Below are positions 9,611 to 19,559 of a DNA stretch of 46,807 nt, one piece after another. The notes beneath the pieces are model-generated. The model was not told where the DNA came from. It saw only the letters and a list, made by a program, of their open reading frames with translations, and ran no database searches. Each line of letters opens with the position of its first letter. The first letter of the stretch is position 1. Origin of the DNA: a virus (Duplodnaviria > Caudoviricetes). A program made the translations under genes and the position numbers. Where the stretch lies: IMG/VR virus record IMGVR_UViG_3300033982_000163, positions 1 through 46,807 of that record; one strand, written 5' to 3'.

Positions 9611-10705
9611 TCACCTCAATTTCAATTTTTCTTTTAATAGCTGCAGCTCGTCTTTATCGGTCTCCACTGACGATCGTGCAGTATCCACCGCTTCAGGGGC
9701 TACCGATGAACGAGCAGTCTCCACTGCTAGCCAGTCAGCTTCCCATGTTTGTCGATCACGAGCACTTGCATTTATGTCAGTCCCTGGGTAAGCCGGGGAA
9801 TTGACAGCGGAAATTTCGCCTATTCTACTTATCGCATTGATGGTTCGGGTAGGCATATTCGTGTCCAGCCCTGTCCATTCATCATCTTTTACTCGGAATC
9901 CAAATGACATGCCGGAAATGTCTCCGCGCGAAACAGCGCTAAATAAACTTCTAGCAAGGTCATTATGCTCGGTATCTAATGTCGCCTCAAAGTAGAGTCC
10001 CTGGTCATCAACCGTAAGTCTTAATGTAGAGTTTTTATTGTTTCTTCGACTACGCGCTAATGGAATTTGGTCAGATTCGTGATTGACAAAAAATAAGACA
10101 TCGGATAAATCTGTGTTATCCAATGCCCCTGGTGCAATAACTTCGTTGAACATATTTCCTATGTTGGTTGTTTGCCCATATACGACAGCATGGCCGGAAA
10201 TAATGTTTGCGGGATTGTCATCGCCGGTACCCGAACCCATAGATGCCCTTAAATCTTGAATCTCTATCCTTCTACGGAAGGTCTTTGATTTCTGGTTCCA
10301 TGGGGCAACTATGCTATCGTCATTAAATTGCTTAGCCATGCGATTGTAATAAGCCTCTACGACTAATTTTACCTTTGGTACATCATCTGCCGGCATATCC
10401 ACTCCACCACGGGAACCTTGTAGGGCAGCTGCTACTGCAAAAATTCCTTTCGGCACAGCCTTGACCGTTGTTCCATGAACGTCACAAAATAATAGTTTGT
10501 AATCACCTACTCGATCAGGTAGGCCGTCTTTATCCGGATCAGGAGCAGAACTATCGAACCAGAAATGACAGCTTGCATATTTTCCCCAATCTACATTGCC
10601 CTTTGTGTCCGTGGCCCATTTTAAAATTCGATTATGGGCTCCTCCTCCATCCCATTGTGTATTGCGTTCCGCAATAGGCCAATCTTTTTTTGCTTTTGTG
10701 CCCAC
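9611..10705 (-). CDS. HK97-family prohead protease with an extra ~135-aa N-terminal domain
   Basis: ISGHAVVY, FVNHE, GMSFGF, EISAVNSPAYPGT. Confidence 0.93.
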   Translation of the reverse strand: MGTKAKKDWPIAERNTQWDGGGAHNRILKWATDTKGNVDWGKYASCHFWFDSSAPDPDKDGLPDRVGDYKLLFCDVHGTTVKAVPKGIFAVAAALQGSRGGVDMPADDVPKVKLVVEAYYNRMAKQFNDDSIVAPWNQKSKTFRRRIEIQDLRASMGSGTGDDNPANIISGHAVVYGQTTNIGNMFNEVIAPGALDNTDLSDVLFFVNHESDQIPLARSRRNNKNSTLRLTVDDQGLYFEATLDTEHNDLARSLFSAVSRGDISGMSFGFRVKDDEWTGLDTNMPTRTINAISRIGEISAVNSPAYPGTDINASARDRQTWEADWLAVETARSSVAPEAVDTARSSVETDKDELQLLKEKLKLR

Positions 10706-10710
10706 TATGG

Positions 10711-11958
10711 CTAACCTCCTGCTTCCTCGGTTTTGACCTTTCCCATTTGGTATTGACTGATTAGATTTCTGTCAATGTAATTCAAGCTCATGGTTACGCG
10801 ATCACCTCCTACAACTGGAGGGTAACCAAGAACTTCGAGCTTTTCGTTATCCGTAAGAAGGCCTTGATCGCCAGCAATTTGAAGGAAGTTAAGCTTAGAC
10901 GCCGTGCTTAGGTAGGAGAGATTTTGTTGATAGAACATAATCTCGTTGCCAACTGCCAGCTCCATGGGCGAAAAAATAACCCGGCTGAAATTTCGGCCAA
11001 GGCTCATGATTATGGGTTGAATTGTCGCTTGGAAAAAGGCTTCGAATTGGGCATCTGTATAATCACCCGTCAGGATCGGCATAGACACGCCATAGTAATT
11101 CGAAACCTTTTGTTGGATAAAATCCAGAGTGTCCTTGTCGATTATCTCCGGATCTCGCTGAATCGGAACATATTCCCCCTTGAGGTCCATCGCAATAATT
11201 CCGGCTTCGTTTCGCCTGAGCTTTTCCTCAAAGCTTCTGCGCTCTGCCTTAAGTTTGTCGTCATCCATTAAGGTGTTTATTTTTACAACCCCACGAATTG
11301 ATAAGCTTTCCCTTATCGCTTTCTCTAGGCCCTGAATTACGACATCATTTACATCCAATGTTTTTTGAATAGCATCGTTATCCGGCTGACCGTTTATCCC
11401 GCCACCCATCGACGCATTGACGCTAAATTTCTTACGCAGGTGGATGATGTTGTCATAACGAAGAGTGAATTGCTCTCCGTTTCTAAATGTAAGCCTAAGG
11501 AACATTGTCCCGGTTATGTCCTGCAAGAACTCGACGATCATTGGTTGCAAGGGATACAAGCCAGTGTAGGTTCGATTGGACATTCCATTGGATATAGTTT
11601 CGTCAAAGGCAGGGTAGATGAACGCATTATAATTCAGAAATAGCAGCCATGTTATCTTCTCAAGGAAACTCCCAGTGTCCATGATTTCGTTTGGTCCAAA
11701 TCTTAGCAAACGGTTTATGTTGCTATTTACAACATTTCGCATTCCAGTGTTGTCCGTCCGTATATGTGTTGGATCTAGCTTGCTGACCTCGCTTGCAATT
11801 CTGTCAATGCAATTCTGGACTAAATCATGAGAGTAAATATTTTGTCCAAATAGGCTAAAGATCGGTATTTGGGCTTCGAGAAAATTAGCATAGTCCATTT
11901 GCGCGGCTTCTGCTTTCTTGCCTGCATATAGACCTTTAACCATACTGACAAAGCCCAT
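10711..11958 (-). CDS. HK97-family portal protein
   Basis: CIDRIASEVSKL, IIHLR, LLTDNE..EVLGYPPV.GGD. Confidence 0.93.
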   Translation of the reverse strand: MGFVSMVKGLYAGKKAEAAQMDYANFLEAQIPIFSLFGQNIYSHDLVQNCIDRIASEVSKLDPTHIRTDNTGMRNVVNSNINRLLRFGPNEIMDTGSFLEKITWLLFLNYNAFIYPAFDETISNGMSNRTYTGLYPLQPMIVEFLQDITGTMFLRLTFRNGEQFTLRYDNIIHLRKKFSVNASMGGGINGQPDNDAIQKTLDVNDVVIQGLEKAIRESLSIRGVVKINTLMDDDKLKAERRSFEEKLRRNEAGIIAMDLKGEYVPIQRDPEIIDKDTLDFIQQKVSNYYGVSMPILTGDYTDAQFEAFFQATIQPIIMSLGRNFSRVIFSPMELAVGNEIMFYQQNLSYLSTASKLNFLQIAGDQGLLTDNEKLEVLGYPPVVGGDRVTMSLNYIDRNLISQYQMGKVKTEEAGG

Positions 11959-12016
11959 GGCCTCGCCTCCTTTAGCTTAGGCATTGTAACCGCACTTTAT
12001 CTGAGCCTCATTAGTT

Positions 12017-12310
12017 TCAAGTTCGATTAATCTTTGATTTGTTAATAATAAGGGCACACGCCACGCAACATATGCCAAGAATCATAAACCCAAGAGGTAC
12101 ATAAATTAAGAACCCTGCTAGGGATAGAAAGATTACTCCAAGCAGGAAAAGGATATCGTCAATGCATTTTATTAACCACTCAAGTATGCTCATAGCTGTT
12201 AATATTTTCTCTTGGATTCTGCCGCAAAGCCACGCTGTAAGCTTGTACTTATGTTCGTGGTGGCAATAATCTGAGCAAGTATATTTAATTCTAATATTTT
12301 TCTTTTTCAA
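12017..12310 (-). CDS. Small membrane protein (two hydrophobic segments) upstream of portal
   Basis: DDILFLLGVIFLSLAGFLIYVPLGFMILGICCVACALII; start uncertain. Confidence 0.6.
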   Translation of the reverse strand: MKKKNIRIKYTCSDYCHHEHKYKLTAWLCGRIQEKILTAMSILEWLIKCIDDILFLLGVIFLSLAGFLIYVPLGFMILGICCVACALIINKSKINRT

Positions 12311-12870
12311 GGCGTCACCGCCTGTAGCGTCTTTATTACAAATGGCCCACGCACACCGGCGCTATATCGTTCAGCCGCTTCAAGTGCCATTCTTATCCTT
12401 TTCTCAGGCGGAAGGTCTGGCGTAACACACAATGCGCCTCTGGCTATTTCTTCGCCGCATCCAACTGACTGGAAGTTATCAATACTCTCGGCCACTTGGT
12501 AGTTGTCTTGAATCATGAATAATCTTCCCCTGTAACCCACGAGAAAGGTTCCGCCCCATTCTTGGCCCTTTTCACTTGTGGCATAGCCGCCATCTTTTAA
12601 ACATTGCCTGACAGCATTTATGAAGATCGTAACCATGTATTGATACGTGTCCATTGGTTTCCCCTTGGAATCGCATGGATGATCCGGGACAGATAAGGAA
12701 TATCTAAGTAGCTGGCCCATGCGGAATGAGGTGGTGAAGCCCATTAGGAATGGACCGTTTTGAAATACCTTTTCGTCTGCCCTCAGAGTTAATGAGTAAC
12801 CACCAACCCCAGCACTGTCGCCGCCCATGTATACCTTATCTTCATGAACCACACCGATTATGCACGTCAT
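12307..12870 (-). CDS. Ntn-hydrolase / HslV-proteasome beta-subunit-like peptidase
   Basis: Starts M-T-C-I-I-G (N-terminal Thr), MGGDS, K at ~position 33, SVGCG..IARGAL, SAGVRGPF. Confidence 0.75.
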   Translation of the reverse strand: MTCIIGVVHEDKVYMGGDSAGVGGYSLTLRADEKVFQNGPFLMGFTTSFRMGQLLRYSLSVPDHPCDSKGKPMDTYQYMVTIFINAVRQCLKDGGYATSEKGQEWGGTFLVGYRGRLFMIQDNYQVAESIDNFQSVGCGEEIARGALCVTPDLPPEKRIRMALEAAERYSAGVRGPFVIKTLQAVTP

Positions 12871-12872
12871 CC

Positions 12873-14612
12873 TTATCCCCCCACCAACTTTATGTATTCC
12901 GTCCGGTACTGCATCAAAACAGCATAACCTATAATCATTGTTACGCATCCATCAATTCTATTCTCCGGCTTGCCTTTTACTTTAATCGGCATAATCAAGC
13001 CACGTTTGTCGATGTCAAGGGCCGTATTGGACAGGCACCATCGATCCGTGGGGTTTGCGCCATAGTTAATTGATTTACTCCTTAGATCTGCTTCAAGCAA
13101 TTTCATAGGCGTAGACATGACTTCTCTCTTTTGTGGTACTCGTTCCATGGTGAAGCCCATATCCTCCATTTCCTTAACCCAGTACTTTGCAAGCGCAGTA
13201 TCGTAGCCGATTTTATAAGGTTTGATTCCAAGTTGCTTGATCACATAGATGAACCAATTCGTCACATAACTGAAGTCGTTATCATTGCCAGGACATATCT
13301 CGATTAATCCCTGCCTTGCCCATTCTAGATAATCAACTCCGTCAGGACTTTTATCGAGCTTGCTTTCCGGGATAAAGTATTTACTAAATGTATACTTATG
13401 GTTGTCGTTTGGACGCATGACGGTCATTCTTGCGGACAAGAGATCTGTTGTCTCTGCTAGGTCAACTGATCCTATACCAGCACAACCTCGAAGTATTTCA
13501 AGGTCGAACGTGGCATCGTTTGTGAGTTCGGCATCAGTTAGCCATGCCGCTGCGTTATTTTGTTTGATATTGAAATCCTTAGCTAAAACAAACGCGCGAG
13601 TTGCCTTACTCGTCTTGGCCTCTTCGATCATGCCCCGAAGGAAGCCCCATTTCTTAATGACTCCAAGATCAGGATTGCTCTTAACCCATGACTTTTCATC
13701 TTGCCATATTTCGGCTTCGCTATCCTGAGTGTATAGCCATATGAGCCATCGCGGACGGTCAATCTCACCCGCTAATACTTGGCGTGCATCTTTTAGGCGA
13801 TCATCCAAGTATCCATCATTGGTGAAGCCCTCGGTTGTGATCTCTCCATAAATCGGTTCGTCCTGAGTTGATAAAGCTTGGCGTATCGGCATGATTGAGG
13901 AATTGTCTTTTAGCTCATGCACCTCATCGACAGAACCAACGATAATATTTTTCCCTTCTTTGGCTCCTGTTTTTGCAGATATCTTTCTGATACTACCTTT
14001 ATTTTGATAAGAGAACTTCCCGCTTTTCTTCGGCTTCTTAGGGTTTCCAAAGAATATGCCTTTGATATTTTTACGGGTAACCCGTTCAAGACTTTTGCTC
14101 TCTTCTCGCATTGCATTTATTGCATCGAACATAAGGCCTGCTTGCTCATAGTCGTTCGATGAGCATAGTATCTTGCTCCCTTTTGGTCCACAAAAAAACT
14201 CTGCCAAATCCATAGCAGAGACAAATGGGGTTTTTCCGCATTTTCTGGCAATCATTAATAAGAATTCCTGATACATCCTGACTGTCTTATTGAGTTCAGG
14301 ATCGAATATTTTGAAGCAATAAAAGGCTTCAATGAATGCTTTTTGTCGAAGAGTTAATAAAAATGGTTTACCGGCAAATGGGGCTTCCGAGTGTTTGCAT
14401 TTGGTTTCGATAAAGCGAATACGTTTATGGGCGTCTTCGAAATCTACGGTTATGTCGGGGTTGTCGAAGTGGGCGACTAGGATGTCCAGCATCTGCATTA
14501 GCTCGTGGCCAATTAGTGTTTCGCCAGATTTACATTTCAGGATATATTCAAGAAGGAAAGAGTGGGTGCCGTTACACTCTGCCCCGTTAACTAGGTCAGT
14601 CACTCTTGCCAT
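12873..14612 (-). CDS. terL: Terminase large subunit
   Basis: Walker A IARKCGKT, Walker B SVDEVHE, nuclease motifs VDLA and RIDG. Confidence 0.95.
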   Translation of the reverse strand: MARVTDLVNGAECNGTHSFLLEYILKCKSGETLIGHELMQMLDILVAHFDNPDITVDFEDAHKRIRFIETKCKHSEAPFAGKPFLLTLRQKAFIEAFYCFKIFDPELNKTVRMYQEFLLMIARKCGKTPFVSAMDLAEFFCGPKGSKILCSSNDYEQAGLMFDAINAMREESKSLERVTRKNIKGIFFGNPKKPKKSGKFSYQNKGSIRKISAKTGAKEGKNIIVGSVDEVHELKDNSSIMPIRQALSTQDEPIYGEITTEGFTNDGYLDDRLKDARQVLAGEIDRPRWLIWLYTQDSEAEIWQDEKSWVKSNPDLGVIKKWGFLRGMIEEAKTSKATRAFVLAKDFNIKQNNAAAWLTDAELTNDATFDLEILRGCAGIGSVDLAETTDLLSARMTVMRPNDNHKYTFSKYFIPESKLDKSPDGVDYLEWARQGLIEICPGNDNDFSYVTNWFIYVIKQLGIKPYKIGYDTALAKYWVKEMEDMGFTMERVPQKREVMSTPMKLLEADLRSKSINYGANPTDRWCLSNTALDIDKRGLIMPIKVKGKPENRIDGCVTMIIGYAVLMQYRTEYIKLVGG

Positions 14613-15042
14613 CCATATTAACGGTACACTCATTTAGTTTTACAGCTATTGCCCTTGCGATTTTTTCGATATCCAGTCCTTCAGAAACGCGAAGATTCTT
14701 GAGCCCATATTCTATTCTGATATTCCTTAATCCCTCGTTAATCTCCTTGAACATGTCTTTCACGTCACGCTCGGTATATTCCTTTTCCCTGTGCCATGTT
14801 ACCGCAATGGTGCCGTTGTTATATTTTTTGCAACTAGCAATATAACTCGGAGGAGGATCCCCCTCTTTGACTAAATCAAAATGCTTTGAATAGCCGCCAT
14901 ATTTAATCGAATTAGTCATGAAGTCGTTTTCTAATTGTACAACCAATACGTCCCTTAGGGCTTCGATGACTTCTTCTGGTCCGGATTCGATAGCTTCGCG
15001 ACTTACCGTGAAGATTCCTTTTCTTTTTAATAGGTCATTCAT
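14596..15042 (-). CDS. Hypothetical protein
   Basis: 148-aa ORF with RBS GGAGGA in the late operon. Confidence 0.7.
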   Translation of the reverse strand: MNDLLKRKGIFTVSREAIESGPEEVIEALRDVLVVQLENDFMTNSIKYGGYSKHFDLVKEGDPPPSYIASCKKYNNGTIAVTWHREKEYTERDVKDMFKEINEGLRNIRIEYGLKNLRVSEGLDIEKIARAIAVKLNECTVNMDGKSD

Positions 15043-15178
15043 GAATTATTCCTCCTCGTTTCCTCCGTCTACTCGTTTGCCTCTTTTGCAATCTCCGACA
15101 TTTGCATTAATTCATCAAGCATGGCTATGGCGTCACCACCTTTTATCAAGGAGAATCACGCTATCTTCTGGGAATATT

Positions 15179-15472
15179 TTATTTTAAAAGCCATACCCCG
15201 AGCGCACTCGCAGTTTTTTCAATATCCCCTTCTTTCGAAACATCACAAACGATATTTAAGCCCTCGGATATTATTTCAGTATTGATATTGTCATCTGCCA
15301 CATCGACCTCATTAGGGAGGATAACTACTTCTATTCCGGTACATTGCGATTGTAGATCAACGCGCATCTTTTCGATGTCATTAGGGTGCGTTAAGCAATT
15401 AAACTTTAGGACTAAGGTACTTTTGTTCAGCATGATGCAGGTCTTAAGAATTTCATCAATTTTTAGTTTCAT
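15179..15472 (-). CDS. Hypothetical protein
   Basis: ORF with RBS GAGGAG. Confidence 0.65.
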   Translation of the reverse strand: MKLKIDEILKTCIMLNKSTLVLKFNCLTHPNDIEKMRVDLQSQCTGIEVVILPNEVDVADDNINTEIISEGLNIVCDVSKEGDIEKTASALGVWLLK

Positions 15473-15481
15473 ATTTTCTCC

Positions 15482-15685
15482 TCACTTGTCATTTTTCATC
15501 GCTTCCCTCAGGCACCTTCTGTTCCATGTATTTGCTATATTGCTTAGTGCATAAGAGACTTCGTAATTGTCCGCACCTTCCTTATCGACGGAGCTTAGAA
15601 TTGCTTCATGGATTTTGTTTTCGATTATCGTTAGTCTTCTGGCATTGTCTGGTTCGGTTTCGTCCATTACTCTCACTCCATTCAT
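15482..15685 (-). CDS. Hypothetical protein
   Basis: Co-oriented ORF between terS and terL. Confidence 0.55.
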   Translation of the reverse strand: MNGVRVMDETEPDNARRLTIIENKIHEAILSSVDKEGADNYEVSYALSNIANTWNRRCLREAMKNDK

Positions 15686-15706
15686 AAGGATGTGGCAAGC
15701 TTACCA

Positions 15707-16033
15707 TCATTCAAACTCATCCAAATCCTCATCATCGTCAATACCACTCTTCATGAGCACACCGTTTAGCGTCTTAATGACCACTGCGTATGAGTTTATG
15801 TTCTTTAGATACTGCTTGGCTGTCTCGATTGGCTTCTGCATCTCCGGACGCTGGGGATGGATCTTGACCATGCCTGTCTGAGTGATTTGCTTTTTCAAGA
15901 CGAAGTTTTCAGCATACAAGAAAGCAGCATCCTGTATCAAACCTGCTATAAGTTGTCGCTTCGGCTCCTCAACATCCTTAAAGATCTCAGTTAATTTCGC
16001 GAGTTCTTTTTGATACTCTTCGCTTTTCGACAT
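15707..16033 (-). CDS. terS: Terminase small subunit (P27-like)
   Basis: LIQDAAFL, QKP.E.AKQY, acidic C-terminus; follows HNH; RBS GGAGG. Confidence 0.8.
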   Translation of the reverse strand: MSKSEEYQKELAKLTEIFKDVEEPKRQLIAGLIQDAAFLYAENFVLKKQITQTGMVKIHPQRPEMQKPIETAKQYLKNINSYAVVIKTLNGVLMKSGIDDDEDLDEFE

Positions 16034-16059
16034 AAAACGGAATACCTCCAGAGATTTTC

Positions 16060-16140
16060 AAATTTCTTGGCGTGTGTCTTTCCTATGGGTATGCATCGGT
16101 CTCCCGGCATGGCTGAATTTTCGGTACCGGGGGGGATAAT
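16060..16140 (-). other. Probable cos-site region
   Basis: CCCCCCCGG...GGGAGACCG between HNH and terS, typical of HNH-associated cos phages; exact cut site not determinable. Confidence 0.45.
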
Positions 16141-16160
16141 TGTTTTCGAAACGCATACAA

Positions 16161-16844
16161 TTATGATACATACTTCTCGAACCACTTCTCGATATACCCA
16201 CGCCACTCATCCTTTCTGTAACGTCTGTCCTCATCTATCTCCAAACGTCTCAGGCACTCGTCTTTACTTACATCACAGAAGATAAGTTCTGCACCTAAGT
16301 CCTCTGCCAACTTCTCCCGCTTATACCGATCAGCGTAACCCCCAATGACCCACGCGGAATTCCACTTTCCATACCTTGTTTTTATATTATCTAAAAGTAA
16401 GTTGTGAATTCCAAGTACATTTTTAAGGAGATTGTCAGGCTTATCATAACTTGACAACAAAGATAGCGCCGAAAACAACCTATCCATATCTACCACCAGA
16501 TCGCCGCGATGCATGCGTTCTTTCACCAATGATGACTTTCCACTCATCGGCGAACCATAAACAATATAGACTCCGTGCTCCGGTTGATAGCCGAAACGAT
16601 GATGTTCTCTATCGTGGCAATCATGGCAGATCATTAGTATTCTTTCAGGATTTAAGGCTATCAGCGGATCTATAAAATTCTCAGGCGTAAGTTCGATGGT
16701 ATGATGCAGAATACAATCAATAGGATTGCTGATAATCTTACCGCATTTCTGGCAAGCAAGACCTCGTTCGGCAATAATAAATGCCCGGAAATTTTGCCAT
16801 GTTATACTTCCGTAAAAACTTTTTAAAAGACTATATTTTGCCAA
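16161..16844 (-). CDS. Packaging-associated HNH endonuclease fused to a P-loop domain
   Basis: FYGS..W, CQKC, HH..EL, CHDCHDREH; GSPMSGKSS. Confidence 0.88.
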   Translation of the reverse strand: MAKYSLLKSFYGSITWQNFRAFIIAERGLACQKCGKIISNPIDCILHHTIELTPENFIDPLIALNPERILMICHDCHDREHHRFGYQPEHGVYIVYGSPMSGKSSLVKERMHRGDLVVDMDRLFSALSLLSSYDKPDNLLKNVLGIHNLLLDNIKTRYGKWNSAWVIGGYADRYKREKLAEDLGAELIFCDVSKDECLRRLEIDEDRRYRKDEWRGYIEKWFEKYVS

Positions 16845-17047
16845 ATGTCACCACCCCTTAGGACTTAAAATCAATAGACGAACAATTTTGTTCGGCCTTT
16901 TAAGCGTCGCGCACAGCCCGATTGCTGCATTTCTCCCACGACCGGAAGATTAACCGCACACAAGGAAACGTGTCGCGACACGCCGCGCAATGCTGCTACT
17001 CGACTACTAACTGATTGAATAACATAAGCGTCTATCGTGTCGGGCAC

Positions 17048-17779
17048 TTAATGGGGTGGACGTTTATTGGGTACCCTCTGTACTCGCTGAAAGTAAAGCT
17101 CATCACGAGATTTTAGTTCACGAATCTTGGAGCGAACCCATCCGAAAGGATTATCAATATGAGTTTTTTGCTTATTCAATTCTTGCAAAGCCTCGCGTAG
17201 CTGATCGGAACTGATTCGCTCATCCTTGGCTATGCGACCTAGCTTGATCGCTGAATCAGTGTCCGGATCATAACCTTCGTCACCTAGCACTTTAATCAAA
17301 GGCCAATCTTCCGCAGTCCAGTCAGATGTATTCTCTGTAACAGTCTCTGTATACGTTGAACGGCCCAATTTGTCCTCTTCGCATGAATGGCCCACTTTGT
17401 CCCTTTCGGGATTAGTCGATACTCTTGGTAGTTTTTCATTCTCTAATTCTTTAAATTTATCATAATCAATCGTGTACCACTTTCGCCTGTTGCGTTTCGT
17501 ATAATTAGACGTGTATTTCTCGAATTGTCTTGAAGTAACAATACCTAGTTTTTCCAACGCCAGAAAGGTACGCTTAACTGTTTTTTCGCTCCAGAATGGG
17601 AACTGCTCATGCCAAGCCCCGTAATCGTTGTATACCCACTTGCGCCCTTCTCGTACGTTCACGGATCGTCCTAACCAGTAATGTAGCTGCTGAAGAATAA
17701 TTGCCTCGTTCAAGCCGATCTTGACCGCCAAGGCAGGTATAACCTGAAGAGGCGGTTGATTGATAAGCAGTTTTGACAT
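17048..17779 (-). CDS. Phage replication-initiator-like wHTH protein
   Basis: MSKLLINQPPLQV.PALAVKIGLNEAIILQQLHYWL...WVYN..W.EQFPFWSEKTVKR; C-terminal NPFGW. Confidence 0.75.
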   Translation of the reverse strand: MSKLLINQPPLQVIPALAVKIGLNEAIILQQLHYWLGRSVNVREGRKWVYNDYGAWHEQFPFWSEKTVKRTFLALEKLGIVTSRQFEKYTSNYTKRNRRKWYTIDYDKFKELENEKLPRVSTNPERDKVGHSCEEDKLGRSTYTETVTENTSDWTAEDWPLIKVLGDEGYDPDTDSAIKLGRIAKDERISSDQLREALQELNKQKTHIDNPFGWVRSKIRELKSRDELYFQRVQRVPNKRPPH

Positions 17780-17847
17780 TAGAATGAACCCACCTTTCGT
17801 ATTTGGCAGGTTCATTCATCACTCCTCATCAAGCTTAAGTCAACGAT

Positions 17848-19104
17848 TTAATTGGCCTCTTGATAGGCTACCTTTTCTCCATTACGAACTAAAAAAACAC
17901 CGGTATCACTTCCAGCGTTTTCAGGAAAATTATGATAATATCTCTTCACTATAACATCGGTATATTTAGGGTCGAGTTCCATCGAGCGACATACTCTTCC
18001 TGTTTGCTCTGCCGCGAGAATTGTTGTACCCGAACCGCCAAACAAATCGAGCACTAACTCGCCTTTATGACTTGAGTTGACTATAGCCTTTGCCACAAGT
18101 GCAATTGGCTTCATCGTTGGGTGCTCGTCAGAACGCTTCGGTCTCGGTATGTCCCACACATCGCTTTGCTTCCGGTCCAGCAAGGGGCAAAGTCTGCTGC
18201 TACCCTCAAGCCAACCATACCATATGGGCTCATATTGCGTGTGATAGTCTTTTCGAGAGAGCACCAACGAATCCTTCCTCCAAATAATTGTACTTGACCA
18301 GTGATAGCCTGCCTCACGCATCGCATCCATTAGGGATCCCCATTCCTGGGCACTCATTACAACGTAAGTCATGCAGCCCGGTTCGCTGACTGCGCTCATG
18401 GTTGAGAATACTTTTAACATGAAATTCTTGAAATCCCCTGTACTCATTGAATCATTTATTATCTGGCGATCCGGCTTCCAACTTGGGTGAGAGCTCCCGC
18501 CATAGTCAACATTCCATGGTGGATCAGTGAAAACGTGCCGAGCTTTCTGTCCGTCCATTAGTACCTTGACGTCATCCACGGAAGTGCTGTCACCACACAT
18601 TAAACGATGTTTTCCCAATAACCATATATCTCCACGCTGACTTATTGGCGTTTCTATTGCGGACAAAACAGCATTCGTGTCGAACTCATCTTCCTTAACT
18701 TCGCCAAGGACCACTTCTTTGGCCTCAATCTCAAGATCAAAGCCGAAGTCTTCCATGGTAAAATCCAGACTGAGTCCACCTAGCTCATCGAGTTCTAGCC
18801 TTAATAATTCATCGTCCCAATCCGCTAACTCTGCCGTCTTGTTGTCTATCAGTCGGAAGGCTTTAATTTGGGCATCGCTTAAGTTTTCTGCGATTGTGCA
18901 AGGAACCGTCTTCATGCCTAATTCCATGGCGGCTTTCAGTCGCGTATGTCCGGCCACGATTTCGTTGTTTTTGTCTAGTAAAATAGGCCAGATAAAGCCA
19001 AACTCTCTAATCGAATTGGCCACTTTCTTAACCGCATGGTCATTATTTCTCGGATTATTTTTATAAGGCTTAATGCTAGTTATATCAACATCGTGAATTA
19101 TCAA
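17848..19104 (-). CDS. ParB-N domain fused to an N6/N4 DNA methyltransferase
   Basis: PY.NNPR, AGHTRLKAA; TDPPW, HPTMKP, LDLFGGSGTT. Confidence 0.93.
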   Translation of the reverse strand: MIIHDVDITSIKPYKNNPRNNDHAVKKVANSIREFGFIWPILLDKNNEIVAGHTRLKAAMELGMKTVPCTIAENLSDAQIKAFRLIDNKTAELADWDDELLRLELDELGGLSLDFTMEDFGFDLEIEAKEVVLGEVKEDEFDTNAVLSAIETPISQRGDIWLLGKHRLMCGDSTSVDDVKVLMDGQKARHVFTDPPWNVDYGGSSHPSWKPDRQIINDSMSTGDFKNFMLKVFSTMSAVSEPGCMTYVVMSAQEWGSLMDAMREAGYHWSSTIIWRKDSLVLSRKDYHTQYEPIWYGWLEGSSRLCPLLDRKQSDVWDIPRPKRSDEHPTMKPIALVAKAIVNSSHKGELVLDLFGGSGTTILAAEQTGRVCRSMELDPKYTDVIVKRYYHNFPENAGSDTGVFLVRNGEKVAYQEAN

Positions 19105-19559
19105 AATAATTTGTCCTCCTCAATTCTCTTGCGAAGTTCTAAAAACTCTCTTTCTAGATCTAACTTCATTGGGTTATCAGACCAGTTACCACGATCTTTA
19201 TTTTTCAACAAAATGGCACAGGCCCCCACATCCGGCGGTATATGCTTTCTGGTTTTTTCTGTGTATTTGGTTTCCTTCCCGTCGATCATTCTTATGGAAG
19301 TTTTTACTTCTTCGCAATCGTAACCTAGGGCTCGTTTATATAAAGCGTTCTCAATTTCGGTGATTGCAACTTCTTTCCCCTTTTTTAAGGCATTCAGAAA
19401 GTCTTGGTGCTGTTTTTTGTACTCGTTCATAGTATTTTTACTTATACCAAGATTTTTACAGATTTGTTCCTCGGTAAGTCCATCTCTTGCCCATTTCCTA
19501 ACGAGCAATAACATATCTTGTACCTTTGGCCATTTACTTCTTGCCATTTTTGATATCAC
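19101..19559 (-). CDS. HTH protein, terminase-small-like
   Basis: WARDGLTEEQI.KNLGIS, ENALYKRALGY, PPD..A..LLKN. Confidence 0.7.
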   Translation of the reverse strand: MISKMARSKWPKVQDMLLLVRKWARDGLTEEQICKNLGISKNTMNEYKKQHQDFLNALKKGKEVAITEIENALYKRALGYDCEEVKTSIRMIDGKETKYTEKTRKHIPPDVGACAILLKNKDRGNWSDNPMKLDLEREFLELRKRIEEDKLF

